DNA of 64,000 nucleotides from Candidatus Latescibacterota bacterium (GTDB lineage Bacteria > Latescibacterota > UBA2968 > UBA8231). The notes under the pieces were generated by a model. The model was not told the origin of the DNA and did not search any database. It was given only the letters and a program-made list of their open reading frames with translations. The DNA lies in NCBI GenBank assembly GCA_965248265.1, contig CBDFJF010000002.1:2464001-2528000 (forward strand), written 5' to 3'. Shown here in pieces: positions 60,177-64,000 of this stretch. Within the stretch, counting starts at the first letter, position 1. Every line of letters begins with the position of its first letter. Position numbers and translations under genes: made by a program.

Positions 60177-61325
60177 TCAGGAGTTCCGGACGACGTCGCC
60201 GACGAAAAAATCATCGGGTAGAATGCTCTTGATTGGTATGGCGTGCCTGTATTCCGGCAAACCGATCGTCGTAACCACACCCATGGCGGTGAAGTGTCCA
60301 CACTCGCCGCTGGCTCCGCACTTGTTGCCACCACTGTGGCTGCGCAGCCAATCCGGGTCGGTGATGCGCTCGCCCTTCCACATGCCGCGGGTAGCGTTGA
60401 GGTGGCCGAAGCGCGCCAGGTCAGAGGCGCTGAGGACACACCAACCAGGTCCGCTGCGCACTGGCACGCCTCCGATCTCGTACGGAGGATCCAGGTAGGT
60501 ATAGGTGTCAGGCAGTCCGGGGTAGAAATCCTTCTGATCCTTGACGTCGCCGCCGTTGTACCAATCCCAACGTTCGTAGGGGATGCCGATGGCATCGAAC
60601 AAGCGCTCCTGAATTACGTCCTTGAGGTCGCGGCCCCACACATGGGTCAGGGCCTGACCAAGGCGCCAGAAGCCTGCGCTGCTGTAGATGGAATGGGCGC
60701 CTGGTTTCGCGTGTGAGTAGCAGTCGTAGAACGGGTCACCGGTCCAGGTGGCCCACTCGGCGACCCCGGGCACCGTATCAGCCTCTTGCAGGCCGGTCCG
60801 CTTCTCCGTCCAACGGATGCCGATCTCGAAGGGGAAGCCGCCCCAGTGTACGCTGTCATCACGCCGTCCTACGAGGTGTCGCCAGGTGAGTGTCTGGTGG
60901 TGACCTCGGTCGAGGTGCTTGTGTTCGTGCGACAGTTCACCGGCTCCGGTCCAGGTTTTGTGGATTGGTTCGTCGGGATCGAGCAGGCCATCATTGGCGG
61001 CGCACCCCAGGGCGATCCAGGTCAACGCCTTGCCGACGGATGCGGTGTGATGCTGGTAGTGGCGGTCGCCCCATGACTGGACGATGTAGCCGCCTCTGGT
61101 CAGAACCGCGCCGTGTTTGTTGCCGCTGTGGTCCTCGCCGAGAAAGCTGGCGCCCTTCACATCCAGGCCGGTGACCCAGTCAGCGAATCTTTCGGGATCG
61201 AGGCCGGCTTCCTCCGGGGAGATTTCTATCCAGTCATCATCCGGATAGGTGACCCAGTCCGGTACCTCCACGGTCAGGGTCGGTGCGATCAGATCTGCAT
61301 TCTTTTCCGTCTGACTCAGTGTCAT
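60177..61325 (-). CDS. Serine hydrolase, beta-lactamase fold
   Basis: YPDDDW...PEEAGLD, SVGK (SxxK), YSS and SASDLARFG. Confidence 0.8.
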   Translation of the reverse strand: MTLSQTEKNADLIAPTLTVEVPDWVTYPDDDWIEISPEEAGLDPERFADWVTGLDVKGASFLGEDHSGNKHGAVLTRGGYIVQSWGDRHYQHHTASVGKALTWIALGCAANDGLLDPDEPIHKTWTGAGELSHEHKHLDRGHHQTLTWRHLVGRRDDSVHWGGFPFEIGIRWTEKRTGLQEADTVPGVAEWATWTGDPFYDCYSHAKPGAHSIYSSAGFWRLGQALTHVWGRDLKDVIQERLFDAIGIPYERWDWYNGGDVKDQKDFYPGLPDTYTYLDPPYEIGGVPVRSGPGWCVLSASDLARFGHLNATRGMWKGERITDPDWLRSHSGGNKCGASGECGHFTAMGVVTTIGLPEYRHAIPIKSILPDDFFVGDVVRNS

Positions 61326-61332
61326 AAGGTCT

Positions 61333-63336
61333 CTATTCTGAGCGCTTCATAGGGGGGAACGCATAGCTGGGGTCGTTAACGAAGCGCCGGGTGCCGACGT
61401 CGATACGAATCATCGTCGAGGGGGGCAACTCCACTCTCAGGTGGCGGCCGTCAACGGTCATAGTTTTCGCGGTCTGAACACGCTCGGCACGGGGCCACAT
61501 GGACGGATTCTCGTGTTTCGGATAGCTCTCTTCGTTGTAGCTGGCTTCCGTGAAGGCATGCTCCCCGTGGGTGCCGGCCTGCATGATCAGGATCCGACCT
61601 TCGGTCGGATGAAGATTAACGAGCTGGATCCCGGTGCGGTCATCCTGCAGGTCATCGACGAGGGCACCCACGTCCAGGGGGAGCCCGGGCCGGGAACGCT
61701 GTGAGTCAAAGAAGCGAACGCGTCCCAGCTGCATGCCGCCGTTGTATTGCGCCATCGGCGCACCCGTGGTCAGATGCACGAGGCCCTTGGCCGTAACCGT
61801 ATTCACGGGCCAGTAGTTGTCTTCGAGCTTTTCGGTGACACCGCGGGCGTCCAGACGTATGCAGTCCATCGAGCGCAGGGTCCACTCCAGGTCCGCCCGC
61901 ATCATCTGAGCAGGCCAGGCGTCATTTTGGCCGTCGTAGTAATTGAAGCGTGAGTGATCGGCCGAGCCGCCCTTGCCATCGCCACGCGGGACCACCTCGT
62001 TCCAGTCGGTCTCCTTGTCGCCTTCGCGCAACATGTAGATGAGCTCGCGATCCTCAGTTGACATCGAGGCGTGATACAGATGGTTTAGTTCCTTGAGCCC
62101 CATGGACCGGGGTTCCGCCCAGCCGTCGGGGCCGTAGCGGTTGGGGACTTGCAGCTGGCCATCCTCGCGCCGGGTTGCCTGTTCGAGGATCAGCTTGAGC
62201 TGCGAGCGCGGCAGGTCGAGGTAGCCGTCGTCACCACTGAGCAGCAGGGCGCACTCGGCGCCGACGGTGAGGGCGAACAGCATGCGGTCCCAACCGCCCC
62301 GGCGGTTCCAGCCCTGGACGCCGTTCCACCACAGACCATCGCGGTTCTCACCGATCTTTCCCGTCGGGCCGACGTTGTCCGGTAGTATCCCGTTGTTCTT
62401 TTCCGTGCGCTCCATCCACACGCCGACATAGTCGAGGACCCATTTTTTGTACTTCTCATCCCCGGTATAGAGGTAGGCGTTGGTCACCAGTCCCGTGGCG
62501 AGCAAGTTGGCTGGCTCGTCGCCGGTGAGGATGATGCGGTCAAAGAGATCCATGATCTCGTCGCGGCGCTCGGGATGCTCGAACCAGTTGCCTTCGAGGC
62601 GCTCGACAACAGGGTACAGGTGCGTGAACAGGGGCTCCACGCTGGGGCCGCGGTCGGAGCCGCGTCGGTGCCCGAAGTCGCCGAGTGAACCCGGATCGAG
62701 GAAGGAGCGCACCATCTCGAGCTCGCCGGTTACTTCACCGGTGCTGTGAATGAGCGGCGCGATGCCCCGCATCGTCAGCAATGGGCCCTGGCTGCTAGTG
62801 AATCCGGAGCGGAAGACTCTGTGCTCGGGGTCGTAATTCGGAGCTTGGGGGTCATCACCGGTGTACATGGCGGCGAATTTCTCGGCGCGGCGGATGTTCT
62901 CGACGATGGTCGGGTCGGCGAGGCCGAACTCGTAGAAGCTGGACGAGCCTTCGCCCATGTGGAACCAGTCATTGTTGAAGGCGACGGCGAAGTTCCACCA
63001 TTCGTTGCGCAGTTGCGGCATGAACATCGGATGTATGGGCTGGCCCGCCTGCGGGTTGATTTCTTCACTGTAAAATCGGGTAGCGGCATTCCATTCGCGG
63101 AGCGCCATCTCCAGGAGCCGCTGGTCGCCTCCCAAAGAGTAGAGCAGGGCGCGTCCGCAGCGGCTCTCGTAGACGTCGTCGACGTCGTGGATGAAATGCT
63201 CGTTGCCGGCAGCGTCTTCGAAGCGTTCGACGAACAGGTCGGTGGCAGCCTCTATGGTCGAGATGAGCTGACGTTGAACGACGGCCCATTCCGGTGGCGC
63301 CGCGATCTGGGTGGCTCGTATGCTGGGCATTTTCAT
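61333..63336 (-). CDS. Conserved hypothetical protein, paralog 2 of the ~650-aa family
   Basis: Same motifs as 54025-55962. Confidence 0.8.
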   Translation of the reverse strand: MKMPSIRATQIAAPPEWAVVQRQLISTIEAATDLFVERFEDAAGNEHFIHDVDDVYESRCGRALLYSLGGDQRLLEMALREWNAATRFYSEEINPQAGQPIHPMFMPQLRNEWWNFAVAFNNDWFHMGEGSSSFYEFGLADPTIVENIRRAEKFAAMYTGDDPQAPNYDPEHRVFRSGFTSSQGPLLTMRGIAPLIHSTGEVTGELEMVRSFLDPGSLGDFGHRRGSDRGPSVEPLFTHLYPVVERLEGNWFEHPERRDEIMDLFDRIILTGDEPANLLATGLVTNAYLYTGDEKYKKWVLDYVGVWMERTEKNNGILPDNVGPTGKIGENRDGLWWNGVQGWNRRGGWDRMLFALTVGAECALLLSGDDGYLDLPRSQLKLILEQATRREDGQLQVPNRYGPDGWAEPRSMGLKELNHLYHASMSTEDRELIYMLREGDKETDWNEVVPRGDGKGGSADHSRFNYYDGQNDAWPAQMMRADLEWTLRSMDCIRLDARGVTEKLEDNYWPVNTVTAKGLVHLTTGAPMAQYNGGMQLGRVRFFDSQRSRPGLPLDVGALVDDLQDDRTGIQLVNLHPTEGRILIMQAGTHGEHAFTEASYNEESYPKHENPSMWPRAERVQTAKTMTVDGRHLRVELPPSTMIRIDVGTRRFVNDPSYAFPPMKRSE

Positions 63337-63354
63337 GGTTTCGGCAGTCTCCGT

Positions 63355-63999
63355 TTACTGAAATGGAACCGGAATTTCGTCCCCGTGCCAGGGGAAGGCG
63401 TAACTCGGCTCGTTGACGAAGCGCGACATTCCGGCCTGCAGGCGAACGGCGGTCGCAGGCGGTAGATGCACGGAGAAGTGGCGCCCGTCGACCTGGGCGG
63501 AGTCGCCGTCGTCAGCGCTCACGCTCGTGAACTGGTGCTCGCCGAAGGCACCCGCCTGTACGATCACATTGCGCTCATCGGTCGAATTCAGGTTCACCAG
63601 TTGTATGCCTGTGCGGTTGGCAGCCAGCCCATCGACGAGGACGGCAACATCCGGCGGCACTCCCGGGCGGCCGCAATCCGGGTCGAAGTAACGGACCTGC
63701 GCTCTCAGCAAACCGCCGTTGTAGACAGCCTGCGGCGCCCCCATCATCACCTGGGTCAGCCCCTTGGTGAGTACCGGGTTCTGGGGAACATGATTGGCCT
63801 CGATCCGTTCGGCACGGCTGCGGGTATCGTTGCGCATGTCCTCGATGTGCTGCAATGCCCATCCGTACTCGGCGCGCAGGATCTGCTCCGGCCAGCCGGG
63901 GTTCTTGCCGTCGTAATAGTTGAAGCGTGCCAATTCTGTTTCGCCGCTGTTCTTCTCACTGGCCGCTTTTGCCGGAATCTCGTTCCAGTCGCGCTCGAC
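63355..63999 (-). CDS. Conserved hypothetical protein, paralog 3 (5' part lies beyond the window)
   Basis: RFNYYDGKNPGWP, YNGGLLR, RPGVPPDVA and PSYAFPWHG...PVPFQ. Frame is open to the window edge. Confidence 0.8.
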   Translation of the reverse strand, partial: VERDWNEIPAKAASEKNSGETELARFNYYDGKNPGWPEQILRAEYGWALQHIEDMRNDTRSRAERIEANHVPQNPVLTKGLTQVMMGAPQAVYNGGLLRAQVRYFDPDCGRPGVPPDVAVLVDGLAANRTGIQLVNLNSTDERNVIVQAGAFGEHQFTSVSADDGDSAQVDGRHFSVHLPPATAVRLQAGMSRFVNEPSYAFPWHGDEIPVPFQ

Positions 64000-64000
64000 A

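Overview
Window of a GC-rich bacterial genome. Type IX secretion (T9SS) C-terminal domains, PorV, a C-terminal SWGxxK motif and many PhyH, beta-propeller and Gfo/Idh/MocA paralogs suggest an FCB-group candidate lineage such as Ca. Latescibacterota (inference only). 1-16 kb is a rearranged accessory zone. It holds a frameshifted ISCR/IS91-type HUH transposase, three more copies of its putative oriIS end (each at the end of a cargo segment), an orphan AraC response regulator, two unusual secreted proteins, a decayed peptidase-like gene, an IS3 element without target duplication and several truncated gene tails. 16-23.5 kb and 34-64 kb are mostly catabolic genes of unknown substrate: amidohydrolases, PhyH dioxygenases (five in the window), propeller and TIM-barrel glycosidase-like proteins, an MlrC-type peptidase, an FGGY kinase, aldolases and three paralogs of an unannotated ~650-aa family. 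This part also carries a VapBC pair, a YfiR-kinase pair and a ~180-bp direct repeat made from a gene 3' end. 23.5-34.2 kb is an apparent operon of TonB-dependent receptor, large T9SS cargo, PorV, epimerase and GT4, with a divergent lipoprotein. No rRNA, tRNA or CRISPR array was recognised. All product calls come from motifs read by eye, without database searches.
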